A DNA stretch of 64,000 nt, taken from contig OX597814.1 in NCBI GenBank assembly GCA_951406725.2, positions 196,230,001-196,294,000 of the forward strand. Reading direction: 5' to 3'. Positions 1 through 12,095 of this stretch are shown one piece after another. The notes under the pieces are model-generated. The model was not told the origin of the DNA. It was given only the letters and a program-made list of their open reading frames with translations, and searched no databases. Every line of letters begins with the position of its first letter. Within the stretch, counting starts at the first letter, position 1. The position numbers and the translations under genes are program-made. The DNA is from Octopus vulgaris. Lineage: Eukaryota.

Positions 1-138
1 TAGACACAGAAACGGGCTCCCCGCCTCAGATGGAAGATATTAATGAAGGGTTACAGGTGTGGATGTATGTATTCATACACACGCGGTCACGCAATCCACG
101 CACGCACATATATATAAGTATGTGATCATACATTTATA

Positions 139-301
139 GGCGTAGGAGTGGCTGTGTGGTAAGTAGCTTGCTTACGAACCACAAGGTTCCGGGTTCAGTC
201 CAACTGCGTGGAACCTTGGGCAAGTGTCTTCTACTATAGCCTCGGGCCGACCAAAGCCTTGTGAATGGATTTGGTAGACGGAAACTGAATGAAGCCCGTT
301 G

Positions 302-333
<32 letters not shown>

Positions 334-525
334 TGTATGTATGTATGTGTGCGTTTGTGTGTCTGTGTTTGTACCCCCAACATTGCTTGACAGCCGATGC
401 AAGTGTGTTTACGTCCCCGTAACTTAGCAGTTCGGTAAAAGAGTCCGATAGATTAAGTACTAGGCTCGACTAAAGGTGATGCTCCAGCATTGCCACAGTA
501 AAATGATTGAAACAAGTAAAAGAGA

Positions 526-526
<1 letters not shown>
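139..526 (+). mobile_element. tRNA-derived SINE, family A (full length, internal (TATG)n)
   Basis: Pol III A-box (gtggctgtgtggtaag) and B-box (gggttcagtcc) head; body and tail ...aaatgattgaaacaagtaaaagag match about 10 other copies in the window. Confidence 0.9.
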
Positions 527-584
<58 letters not shown>

Positions 585-622
585 GAACAACCGCGCTCGC
601 GCACGTGTTTATGTATGCGTAT

Positions 623-1031
623 AGGCGCAGGAGTGGCTGTGTGGTAAGAGATTGTTTGGCAACTACGTTTCCGGTTTCAGTCCCTCTACGTAAGAGGGAT
701 TATATCCTCGGATCAACCAAAGCTAAGTGGGTAGATTTCGTAGACGGGAGCTGGAAGAAGCCCGTTGTACACACACACACACACACACGCTCACATATGT
801 TTGTTCGAGTATGTGTGTCTTCCTGTCTGTATTTGTCTCCCTCACCACTGTTACACAACTAGTACTGGTGTATTGCTTTCCTCATAACTTAGAAATTCGG
901 AAATAGGAACCGATAAAATAAGTAGCACTCTTAGCCAAAAATAAGAGCTGGTGACGATGCATTGAACTCGAAATTCCTCAAGGTGGTATCTCAGGATGGC
1001 TGTAGTCTAATGACTGAAAAACGTAAAAGAA
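623..1031 (+). mobile_element. SINE family A, diverged copy
   Basis: Same head (ggcgcaggagtggctgtgtggtaag) and tail (aatgactgaaa..gtaaaaga), with many substitutions. Confidence 0.8.
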
Positions 1032-1041
1032 ACACGACAGA

Positions 1042-1570
<529 letters not shown>

Positions 1571-1654
1571 TATATATATATATAATATTAGGGAATATGA
1601 TTCCAAACTTACAAGATTCCTAATTATATACTATTTATTTATAATTTTGTATAT

Positions 1655-1713
<59 letters not shown>

Positions 1714-1777
1714 TACACATATATACACACACATACATCTCACACTCTATCTCTCAGTCACTCTCCCTTTCTTTTTC

Positions 1778-1822
<45 letters not shown>

Positions 1823-2712
1823 TAGATTTGAATTTTATGTATATCTATCTATATATCCATCTGTCTATCCGTCTATCCATCTACTTATCTATCTATATAT
1901 TATTCTGTCTGTCTGTCTATATACATATGCATATAAATCTGAATGACATATGTAGGTTGGTGAGAATTTCTGTACGCATGCGTGTACATGACAGACAAAT
2001 ATCTCCTTTGATTTTTGATCACTACTTTAAAGATGCAAAATGAAATTGGCGTGTGAGAGAAAGTCTTGTCGTGAGGCACAAACCGAAGCCTTTTATGATG
2101 CGAAATAATCACCAAAGATGCCGTTTGAAGACTTTCTCTGCATCTTACAAAGGCGGCGTCACTCGTCTCGTTTTTTCCATCTGCCCCGAGCTTGAAATAA
2201 TGAATGTAATATATTTAAATAGAGCTTATGCTCTATCGCTAAAGATACAAGAATACATGTCCTCTTTATGAGTATATAAACTTATACATACATGCAGATG
2301 TGTACATACCTATATGTGTGTCAGTCTATGCATGGCTGCGAGCGCAGCGAAGATTTTTTAGACTTGGAAATAAAAGAAATATCGAAACACAATAATACGT
2401 GAAAATGCATACATGTGTATATATGCATGGACGTGATATATGCATGTATGTGTACATACATACTACATATATACATACATTAATACATGCATACTTATAT
2501 ATGTGTATGTGTGTGTATTGTGTGCGCGTGTGTGTGTATAAATGCAAAAAAAAAACGTACATACATTGACACACGCATATAAATAGATAGAAATATGTGG
2601 GGATATATATGTAGGGAATTAGTAATAATGGTACATCCCTCTCACGTGACGAATGGAATAACCTAGTCACCATAAGTAAAGAGAGGTACGTAATAGGCGG
2701 TCAAAGATAGCT

Positions 2713-3378
2713 AAAATAAAGGAAAGAAAATTAAAGGAAACGGTGTATGGTATTAAGTAACCTACCCGAAGAACATTGAAACAGAGAAGAAAATACTCAA
2801 GTTCAACCAAATAGTAAGAGTAAAGATACCAGCATACATATATGCAGAGGATATGAAGGCGATAGTAATTGGAGAAGAAAGTTATAAAATACTACAAGAA
2901 ATGTGTGGAGATAATATCGACCCATCAGGAATAAGGGTGGAATTCAAAGAATTGCCACCAGTAGTGGATTTAGTAGAAATCGAACCACTAATGAAATGTT
3001 ACTAAAAAATAAATAAGTATGTCAAATCGACAGGAAAAAAGAAAAGAAAAAGAAAAAGGAGGAAAAAAAAAAGAAAAGTGTTTTATGTTATATTTAATAA
3101 TATCAGAAAATAGAAGAACATTTTTAGAGAAAAATATAACGGATCAAATAATTGTAATGGTAGACGATAATTATTTGTTAGTTAAATATATGATAAAAAT
3201 GGACAGTTTAAAAAGATTAATGGTAATGCATGTGATGAGGGGCGCATGCAGCCATTCATAACCCCATTATTGTATAATGATTTCATCATATTCGTTTTAT
3301 GTAGTGTCCCCTCTGTGGTGTCCTGTCTGTCCTTGTTTGTCCCCCTCTATGTTTGGGCCCTTGTGGCTAATAAAGAAA
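2713..3378 (+). mobile_element. Non-LTR retroelement fragment 'A' with short ORF remnant and Tx1-like 3' end
   Basis: Flanked by caaagatagct (2702-2712) and cagagatagct (3379-3389); ORF remnant ~2772-3005 ending ...GDNIDPSGIRVEFKELPPVVDLVEIEPLMKCY*; ends gtggctaataaagaaa. Confidence 0.7.
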
Positions 3379-3393
3379 CAGAGATAGCTGTGT

Positions 3394-4191
3394 CTAGACA
3401 AAATTGACCCACTCGGAGTGTTGGTGAAGTTCGACGAACTGCCACTCGTAGATGAACTCAAAGACGTGGATCCTTACATGAGGTATTAAAATGAAAAAAA
3501 AAGAGTAAGTAAAATTGTTTCGAACAAAAAAAAGAGAGGAAAAAAATGATGATTAAGAAAAAACAATACACAAAAATAGAACGATTGTAATATAGTGTGT
3601 ATAAACGTTCAAATGGTACTGCATAGGAGTCGGGCCCATGCAGCCATTTCATTTTTTCCATTTTTATATAACATTCATTCGCATTCGTTTTATGTTTTAT
3701 GGGATCTTTTCGGTTTGACCGGCAGTTTTTAACATAATTTCTAGGTAGCTGAAAAATTTTAAACTTCGTATACAGATAGAATGTGTTTATAAAACATCTT
3801 TTTCTCTTGGCTTTATTGAGAAAATTCTATAGTTTGTAAGATATTTGGTCTTTAATTTCTTGCATTTCGGCAATTTCAACCAATCAATGACCGTCTATTG
3901 AGGTGAAAACATTATGTGCCGTATGAATATGTCTCTCGTTTAAGAAACAGATTGGGTTTATTTACATTTGTGAAGAAAAAAGATACCCTTCCCCCTAACC
4001 CTAACCCTAAAATAGATTGAAATGCAATAGATCGATACTAGCGTCATAATTATGGGTGACAATTTCATATGACACCGATAGAAAAACTGCCGTTCAAACC
4101 GAAAAATTCCGTTTTATGTCTCCACTGTGATGTTGTGTCTGTCCTTGTAGTGTCCTCCTCTGTGTTAGGCCGGGGTGCCAAATAAAGAAAT
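3394..4191 (+). mobile_element. Non-LTR retroelement fragment 'B' (homologous to A), interrupted by a MITE
   Basis: 15-bp TSD cagagatagctgtgt (3379-3393 and 4192-4206); ORF remnant LDKIDPLGVLVKFDELPLVDELKDVDPYMRY*; ends gtgccaaataaagaaa. Confidence 0.7.
3702..4110. mobile_element. MITE, Merlin-like (GG...CC termini, 8-bp TSD)
   Basis: ~28-bp TIRs ggatcttttcggtttga.cggcagttttt; TSD gttttatg at 3694-3701 and 4111-4118; second copy at 12290-12713. Confidence 0.85.
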
Positions 4192-4299
4192 CAGAGATAG
4201 CTGTGTGTTTACTGGTTTTACTGAGTAGACTGTATACCGAAGTGGGCGTTATAACAATCCAACATATAGTTAGGTGAGTCAAAGGTTCGAATGCGTCTG

Positions 4300-5140
4300 A
4301 GGGAATGTAACAAAAAAGTTGCTGTGAAACAGAGTGGGACTCCTGTATGTAAGCCAAAACGAAATGAAAAGTTGCCCACGGTAAAAGTTAAACATTGTTC
4401 AAAAATAGATATTCCGTGGTCGAGTATACACATCGATTTCGCTGGTCCTTTCAGAAATTTGTTAAGTCGAAACAACCAACCACCTCAACTGTGATAAATT
4501 TTTTACACGAATTGTTTGCAAGATTTGACATCTCAAACATGGTAGTGCTTGACAATGGAACGCAATTTGTGTCTAGCGAATTTAAAATGTTTTGTGAAAT
4601 GTGCGCGAGAGAACCTATAACTACTGTGCCATATCATCTCAGATTTAACAGAAAACAGAACGTTTTGATATCTCCAAAAGAGCCCTTAGAAAATCAAATA
4701 AGGAAGTCACGGATGAGGTACCTCTACAACAATTTTTCAGAGTGTACCGTGTGGTACCAAATCCGAATATACCAGAAGGTAGTTCACCTTGATTAATTGC
4801 TAGCTGGCAAGAAAAGAAAAAAATGTTAGGGAAATATAGTAAGATTTTTTAAAGTCGGTGAAAAGGTGTACATGAGGGCATACAAGAATGGAAAGCAGAG
4901 TTGGGAAGATGGCGTAATTACCAAGTGCATAAGGAAAATGTTGTACTAGGTATAAAGTAGAAATGGCGTATATAAGAGACACACGAAGCAACTGAAAAAG
5001 AAATTTGTGGAAAGCAAAGAGGTGGAATGGTTGTACGATACGATCCAAGTACCAACGCTACAACAGGTGATTGAACCCAGGCGGGGAAAAGAAAACATAC
5101 AGAGTTCGTGAAAATAGATGCCAAGCGCAAACCATATTAA
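4300..5140 (+). pseudogene. Gypsy integrase (rve) remnant, frameshifted
   Basis: PWSSIHIDFAGPF, LHELFARFD..VVLDNGTQFVSSEF..FC, TTVPYH and FKVGEKVY spread over several frames. Confidence 0.9.
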
Positions 5141-5216
5141 ATTATATGTAAAAAAAAAAAACTCAAAAAAGTGAGGTGGGTTGAATGAGAAATAATTATT
5201 ACCTAAATAAAATGAC

Positions 5217-5497
5217 GTGGGGGTGCATTGCCTAGCGGTTAGAGCAGCGGGCTCGTGGTCGAGGGATCGCGGGTTGGAATCTCAGACCGGGAGATGTGTC
5301 TGTTTATGAGCGAAACACCTTAGCTTCACGCGGCGAAGGTAATGGCGAACTTCTGCTGACTCTTTCGCCACAACTTTCTCTCACTCTTTCCTCCTGCATC
5401 TTACAGCTCACCTGCGACGGACCAGCGTCTTGTCCAGGTGGGGAACCTTTGCGCCAAGGAGCCCTATGAACCAGGCGTGGCTCGAGAAGGAACAAAC
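5217..5497 (+). mobile_element. tRNA-derived SINE, family C (L2-like tail)
   Basis: tRNA-like head; TSD aaataaaatgac (5205-5216 and 5498-5509); copies at 29393 and 37880. Confidence 0.88.
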
Positions 5498-5791
5498 AAA
5501 TAAAATGACACCGCCTAAGAAAAAACTTTAAAGAAGAGACGTAGGGAATTAATAATAAGTGTACACTCATCTCACGTGACGAATGGGCTAACTTAGTCAT
5601 TGTAAGTAAGGAGAAGTACGTGAAGTACTAGAGTACGTTGTAGGTGTTCAGAGATAGTTGTGTCTTTATTGGTTTTACTAAGTACATTGTATACTGAAGT
5701 GGACGTTATCACAGTCCAGCATTTTAAGGATATAACAATATACAATAATGTTGGTGGCACCAACCAACAACACACATGCACACCTACTCAC

Positions 5792-6137
5792 AGCGGTGAG
5801 CTGACAGAATTGTTAGCACGCCGGGAGAAATGCTTAGCGGTATTTCGTCTGCCGCTACGTTCTGACTTCAAATTCCGCTGAGGTCGACTTTGCATTTCAT
5901 CCTTTCGGGGTCGATAAATTAAGTATCAGTTACACACTGGGGTCGATGTAATCGACTTAATCCGTTTGTCTGTCCTTGTTTGTCCCCTCTGTGTTTAGCT
6001 CCTTGTGGGCAGTAAAGAAATAGGTATTCCGTCTGCCGTTACGTTCTGAGTTCAAATTCCGACGAGGTCGTCTTTGTCTTTCATCCTTTCGGGGTCGATA
6101 ATTTAAGTACCATTTACGCACTGGGGTCGATATAATG
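5792..6137 (+). mobile_element. SINE family D (Meta-domain-like), head-to-tail dimer
   Basis: tRNA-like head; core gcctttcatcctttcggggtcgataaattaagtaccag; tail ...gtgggcagtaaagaaata followed by a second unit starting ggtattccgtctg. Confidence 0.88.
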
Positions 6138-6569
6138 ATAAAGAAATACACCTACTCATATATGCCCTAGTTTTTTTTTGTTTAACAACCGATAGAATGT
6201 GCACTCAATATATGCATAGTGTATAAACATGCACTACTTTCTGTAAATATAAAATTTATATATAACTAATGCATCTATATATACCTAAGGATATGTAGAT
6301 ATATATATACACATATATAAATGTACACACACACGCGCACACACATACACATACAAACAGTATTACGTTGAGACGTGCTAGCGAAACTATGAGTATATCT
6401 ATGTATATATCTGCAGCGAATCAAATTTCGACAATAAATTTTTGTTTTTACATTTCAGCAATCCGGATTAATGTGTCTTATCTCAGCAATAGGATGTAGA
6501 TAAAGAAGATTTTTAATAACAATGCTGGCACTTCTGGGGCTTAAGAACCTCTAGAAGTTACAACGTTAC

Positions 6570-6750
6570 CTGCCTCTCACCCGCCGGGCTCCCGTCGACA
6601 TTATCTTCCTTATTAGCCGGATCGTGGACAACGTCGCCATTAATATTGTCGCCGACATTGTTGTAGTCATCATCATCCTCTCGTCTTCCACTCCCACCTC
6701 CTCATCGTCCTCCTCCAGCTCCACATCCTGTCTCACATGGATGTCGTACA
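6570..6750 (-). other. Possible exon of an unidentified host gene
   Basis: Single-copy GC-richer island; minus-strand open frames (MYDIHVRQDVELEEDDEE... or DDDDYNNVGDNINGDVVHDPANKEDNVDGSPAGERQ) end at a good donor CAG|GTAACG. No product recognised. Confidence 0.25.
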
Positions 6751-6837
6751 TAGCAAGTAAATGTGAAAATAGATATACAGAAAAGCCATATATATATATA
6801 TATACGTGTGTGTGTGTATGTGTGTGATTATATACAG

Positions 6838-6890
<53 letters not shown>

Positions 6891-6955
6891 CATGCATATA
6901 TATATATATATACATACATACATATATGTATATATATACATATATATATATATAC

Positions 6956-6987
<32 letters not shown>

Positions 6988-6988
6988 T

Positions 6989-7184
6989 TTTATTTTATAG
7001 AAGGAGCTTTACAGGACTAGAACTGTTTCATTCAAAAGAAATCATCAGGAAGGCTTCCTGATGATTTCTTTTGAATGAAACAGTTCTAGTCCTGTAGAAG
7101 CTCCTTCTATAAAATAAATTAATTTACTCTGCTATGTATTGAGTACCTTATTTACTGTGGTTAACCCCGACTCAACCCGGGACC

Positions 7185-7186
<2 letters not shown>
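6989..7186. mobile_element. Palindromic Penelope-pLTR-like element containing a type I hammerhead motif
   Basis: 6989-7118 is a near-perfect palindrome; gcttc-CTGATGA-tttcttttgaat-GAAAC-agttctagtcct-GTA-gaagc at 7053-7101; relative at 61070-61183. Confidence 0.75.
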
Positions 7187-7220
<34 letters not shown>

Positions 7221-7223
<3 letters not shown>

Positions 7224-7619
7224 TTTTACTCTCTCTTTTACTTGTTTCAGTCATTTGACTGCGGTCATGCTGGAGCACCACCTTTAGTCGAGCAAATCGA
7301 CCCCGGGACTTATTCTTTGTAAGCCCAGTACTTATTCCATCGGTCACTTTTGCCAAACCGCTAAGTTATGGGGACGCAAACACACCACCGTCGGTTGTCC
7401 AGCAATGCTAGGGGAACAAACACAAACACTCACATACATATATACATACATATATATGACAGGCTTCTTTCAGTTTCCGTCTACCAAATCCACTCACAAG
7501 GCATTGGTCGGCCCAGGACTATAGCAGAAGACACTTGCCCAAGATGCCACGCAGTGGGACTCAACCCGGAACCATGTGGCTGGTTAGCAAGCTACATACC
7601 ACACAGCCACACCTACGCC
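7221..7619 (-). mobile_element. SINE family A, full length
   Basis: Reverse complement of the 139-526 family, head at 7619. Confidence 0.9.
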
Positions 7620-7964
7620 TATATATATATATAAAATATATATAAAAGAGTGAAAAAACTACAGAAGGCTTGTTTTATAAGGTTAAAGAATATACTTAAG
7701 TCGTTATGTTAGAAAAATGTTATAAAATTTTGTATATAGTAACATAGTTTTGGGAGAAATTACCGGTTTCGTGTAAACTTTTCAAATTTCTCAAATGTCT
7801 TTACCTACATCGTGTCATGTATTCATTATGAAGTGCAAAAAGAGTTCCAGCCAGGGGAAGTAAAAAGGGATTTCTTCCGGTATAAGGGAGATAATCGCTT
7901 TATATTTCTTTTCCCCTTTTTTAATGAGATGAGTTTCTCTGTATAAGAATGTTAGGATAAGAAG

Positions 7965-8645
7965 TTCAGGCTTATATTTTTCAATGAAAAATGTTTCCTT
8001 GTTTAATCTAATTTGTGTTGGTGTTCCAATAGCACATTGATAGAATGGAAAGATTAAAAATGGTGGCCGTAGTTGCTTTGCGCATTTCTCAATACGCTCA
8101 CTAAAGGGTATCATTCTGTATTCTGGGAATGCAATCTGTTGTCGATGCAGAGTGCATCTACGTCTGAGTGATAATCCCGTGGACCCTACGTAGTTTTGGT
8201 GGCAGCCCGAGCATCGTATTACATAAATTATGTTTTCAGAAGCAGAAGTAAAATTAGATCTGATCTTGAATTTTTGTCACTCTTTGAAAAGGAATTCTGA
8301 TCCTTCTAGAAGATTTGGGCATGTTGCGCAGTTTGGTGTACCACATTTTTTTACTTTTGCATCCGTAATTTCAGAAAACTACTTTGCCTTTGTGTGAATC
8401 TTTTTAAGTGATTTAGGTTGTTTGTAGCTTTTAATGATTTTATGTATGTTTAGAATTTCCTTTAATTTGGGGTCCTTATGAAGTATTGGTAAATTCTGGG
8501 TGATGATGGTGAAGGCTTCTTTGTTTCTGGGGTTGTATGTGGATATGTAAGGCAGTATTTTCGAGGAAGGTGTGTTGTTGTGTTGAATTTTTCTCAAAGT
8601 TTCTATGTCGATTTCTGCTGCACGTCTGATCCCATCCTCTATGGT
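7965..8645 (-). pseudogene. Penelope-like element: RT linker plus GIY-YIG endonuclease remnant
   Basis: LPYISTYNP...KQPKSLKK, then KCGTPNCATC...NIIYVIRCSGCHQNYVGSTGLSLRRRCTLHRQQI...RLNKETFFIEKYKPEL, with in-frame stops. Confidence 0.9.
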
Positions 8646-8774
8646 TTTCCTAAAGATCAAAGGATTCACAATAAGGATAAATGCGAAATTTTATCTCAGT
8701 AAACAGGTAGCAGTATGACAAATAGCTTCTCATAGGTTCTCAAAGTGTTTTTCTATTAATAATAGCTGAAGTCG

Positions 8775-8776
<2 letters not shown>

Positions 8777-8805
<29 letters not shown>

Positions 8806-8935
8806 GTTATTATTATTATTATTATTATTAGTAGTAGTAGTAGTTGTAGTAGTTGTTGTTGTTGTTGTTGTGGTAGTAGTAGTTGTAGCAACAACAACTT
8901 CAACAGCAATAATAATGATAATAATTATCATAATA
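8777..8935. repeat. Compound trinucleotide microsatellite (TTA)n-(GTA)n-(GTT)n-(CAA)n-(TAA)n
   Basis: Directly visible. Confidence 0.95.
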
Positions 8936-9670
8936 AAAGTGCAGCTCAAGAACAAGCATTAAGGACAAACTGTGTGATGTGTAGAATTGACAACACAACT
9001 GAGAGCGAAAAATACAGAAAGTGTGGGGAGAGAGGGGAGACGTTATGGTACATGCTTCGTGAATGCCCGAAACTGGCACAACAGGAATGCCAAAGACATA
9101 GCAATGTATCAAGAATGATCCATCGGGATCTCTTTCGAAATCACAGCCTACAATGAGCAAAGGCGTGGTATGACCAAATCCCAGAAAGAGTTGTTGAGAA
9201 TGAAGATTGTAAGATCCTGCGGGATGCAATGATTCAGTGTGACCATCAGATCAGGCATCGGAAACCTTAAATTGTTGTAGTGAACAAAAACTAAATATAA
9301 AATACAAACAGACTTGCATGATAATAGACATAGCATGTCCCGGTGAGAACAGGGTCAATGAGAAAGAAGAAAAATTGAACAACTCTGAGGTGAAAATTAC
9401 GCAGGTTTTGGGCAATGAAGAAAGTGGACATGATACTCTTAGTAATTGACGCGCTTGGAAGTATCAACACTCAACTAATAACAAGTCTCAAATAGAATGG
9501 TACAAATGTAAAGATAGAACATCTATAAAAGTCAACATTACTTGAAACTGCAGGAATTCTCCATTGGGTTGTTGAAGCATGGTCAGTAAACAAGTATCAA
9601 CTTAGTCTGCTGGCACTGATGGACATCTGACACTTTCCATCATACCTAGCAATATAATCTGAGTTTTTTC
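8935..9670 (+). pseudogene. R4/Dong-type non-LTR retrotransposon 3' fragment (zinc knuckle plus restriction-like endonuclease)
   Basis: RKCGERGETLWYMLRECPKLAQ, RHSNVSRMIH, AWYDQIPERVVENE..KIL, DHQIRHRKP.IVV, IIDIACPG; flanked by (TAA)n. Confidence 0.85.
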
Positions 9671-9682
9671 ATAATAATAATG

Positions 9683-9740
<58 letters not shown>

Positions 9741-9742
<2 letters not shown>

Positions 9743-10068
9743 TACCTGTTGTCATAGGTGCCCTGGGAATGATAGCGAAAGGGGCTGATGACCCTAAAAT
9801 GCCTAACCCTAAAATGCCAGAAATTCAAAAGATAGTGCTCATGGGAACTGCTCATATCCTACGCAAAATACATTCTATGTAATCTCAAGGTTTAAAACAA
9901 ACATAATTTTTTTTTAGACATCCACTAGTACAACACCAAAACAACCGCCCAAATATATGGCACACTAGGCATAACAACAACGTGAACTTCCAACCTGTTG
10001 TCTCTTGAGAGGTCTCTGGGTGAGACTTGGAACCAACTTGTACAAACATAAAGCAAAAGTCAAACATA
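9741..10068 (+). mobile_element. Second R4/Dong-type 3' fragment in (TAA)n
   Basis: IPVVIGALGMI...EIQKIVLMGTAHILRK* plus 3' UTR; (TAA)n on both sides. Confidence 0.85.
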
Positions 10069-10128
<60 letters not shown>

Positions 10129-10134
10129 TATTAA

Positions 10135-10335
10135 TAAAGCTAATAAACCGCATATTGTTATAAAAGATCAGACAAAAAAGGTGTGTTTATTAATTGACAT
10201 GAGTATTCCTTGCGATCACAATATAGCGGCGAAAGAATTTGACAGGATCAGTAAATATAAAGCTCTGGTCAAACTGTGTCCGTGCAACCCACGCCCGTGT
10301 GGACAATTGACGTTAAATGATGATAATGATGATGT
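10135..10335 (+). mobile_element. Third R4/Dong-type endonuclease fragment joined to an RTE-type tail ending in (GAT)n
   Basis: KANKPHIVIKDQTKKVCLLIDMSIPCDHNIAAKEFDRISKYKAL, then caacccacgcccgtgtggac..gacgttaaatgatgat. Confidence 0.7.
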
Positions 10336-10922
10336 ATATGTGTGTATATGGGTGAGCGTGAATTTTTGAATTTTCTGGTGGTCAAGTTAGACTGCTTGCA
10401 AATTTGGTATTTCGAGTGCGCTATTATAACGTATTTATGCAAAGGCATAACTCCACAGCTGCTTTTTTGATCCAAATCATAAATATTAATCTTTTGTCTG
10501 TTGGTCTTTCTTTGCTCAGCGCTAAATTTGCATGCGTGCGGGAGTATAATACATAAAATTCACATGTGCAGTACGTTATATGTACATATACGGTTTTATA
10601 AGATCAAATGTCATTAGAAAATGCGGAAAAAAACCGGAGTTGTCTTTCACAGTTCATTTTTCTAGTGCTTTACAGGCAGACATAAATACATACATGCGGT
10701 GAGGCACAGACGTAGACAGACATGCAGACAGAGATATATACACACAAACAAAGACACACACATATATATGCACAAGTTTTGTACAAACATATATATATAT
10801 ATACACGCGCACACACATATATATACATATATATATATGTATACGTATATATATATATACATATACATATATATATATATATATACATATATATACATAT
10901 ATATACATATATATCCATATGC

Positions 10923-10953
<31 letters not shown>

Positions 10954-11008
10954 CATATATATACATATATACATATATATACATATATATATACATACAT
11001 ACACACAG

Positions 11009-11065
<57 letters not shown>

Positions 11066-11920
11066 TATAGATGTGTAATACTGAGTACATATTTCATTGG
11101 TCACAATTTTGCCTTTTATCCTTTCACGATCGATAAAATAAATAAAGTCGAATCAATGAGCTAAACCTGTCTTGTATAAATCAAGCGGTATTGTCCCAAT
11201 GGTAGCAGCGATCATTATTTTGAGTTTACTTTCTATTAGAAGCAGTATTTTATTAAATTTTGTTCGTTGAAATTTGCTTTTTTTTTTTTCTCTTCTTTTC
11301 TATGAAGCAGAACACGAACGTCTATACAATGTACTAAGTTTTTATCTCGTATGTTTGACACTAGAAATGGTGTGCTTGCAATTTGAACGATAAATTACTT
11401 TGGAAGTTTTATATGTCTGCTACTAGGAAGCAATTGCCCAGTTACCGAAGCGCCGAGATTTCATCGGATTGGGAATTTTTCTTTAGTTTTGTAAACGAAA
11501 TTTTTTTTTTTCTGTTAAAAAAGCGTCAATTACAAAAAACACGTTTATTTGTTTCAACTTTATTTTACGAGTCCATTATTCTTAAACAAGAACGTTTTCA
11601 CAATGACATCGTAGGACGATGGCTTAGTTGACCGGAACTTCGAAGTTATAAGAAAGAATGTGTGTGTGTGATTGTGTGTATGTGTGTGTGTGACTAAGTG
11701 TATATATACAGGAGGGACATTCAGATCAAACGCTCTCGAAACTTAACGCTAGCAGACTTGATTTTAGTTATTTCGGATAGAAAAGGAAAATCGTGAAATC
11801 GTAGAAGTAAGCTTCCCTGCAGATGTAAACATCTTAAAACAAATCAGCGAGAAAAATAATATCTATAACAAGAGCCTAGAAATCTGTAAGCCCTTTACCC
11901 TGATTATAATTTACATTTCG

Positions 11921-12038
11921 GCTTACGGCCATATCACGTTGAAAGCACCGGTTCTCGTCCGATCACCGAAGTTAAGCAACGTCATGCCTAGTTAGTACTT
12001 AGATGGGAGACCGCTTGGGAAACCGAGGTGCAGTAATC
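11921..12038 (+). rRNA. 5S rRNA-derived sequence, probably a retroposed pseudogene or 5S-SINE
   Basis: 118-nt match to the metazoan 5S pattern (gcttacggccatatcacgttgaaagcaccggttctcgtccgatcaccgaagttaagc...gttagtacttagatgggagaccgc); no oligo-T terminator; 14-bp TSD. Confidence 0.92.
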
Positions 12039-12095
12039 GTCACATATTGTAAAGAAATATATATATATTAGTAAAGAAATATATAATTTACATTT

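Larger units (their letters stand above)
2610..5737 (+). mobile_element. Decayed Ty3/Gypsy LTR retrotransposon (5' LTR split by insertions, internally deleted, 3' LTR 5540-5737)
   Basis: 2610-2712 plus 4192-4263 align with 5540-5737; TG start at 2610 and CA end at 5737; purine-rich tract before the 3' LTR; integrase remnant between the LTRs. Confidence 0.8.

Noticed and set aside
172-402. Recurrent ORFs such as LSVSVYQIHSQGFGRPEAIVEDTCPRCHAVGLNPEPCG and MVVIPAVLFHHNFLSLLL
   Set aside because: Incidental translations of SINE families A and B, not a gene family.
2610-3478. Apparent solo LTR with tgtaggga/tccttaca ends
   Set aside because: No TSD; 3394-3489 is the ORF remnant of insert B, and the real LTR resumes at 4192.
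3992-4009. Interstitial telomere or fusion site
   Set aside because: Only 2-4 units, internal to a MITE present in two copies.
10654-11164. Many 60-170 aa ORFs rich in YI, CV, HT or YLSI (also near 18041, 30735, 47864, 52974, 55381)
   Set aside because: Stop-free translations of (TA)n, (TG)n and (TATC)n microsatellites.
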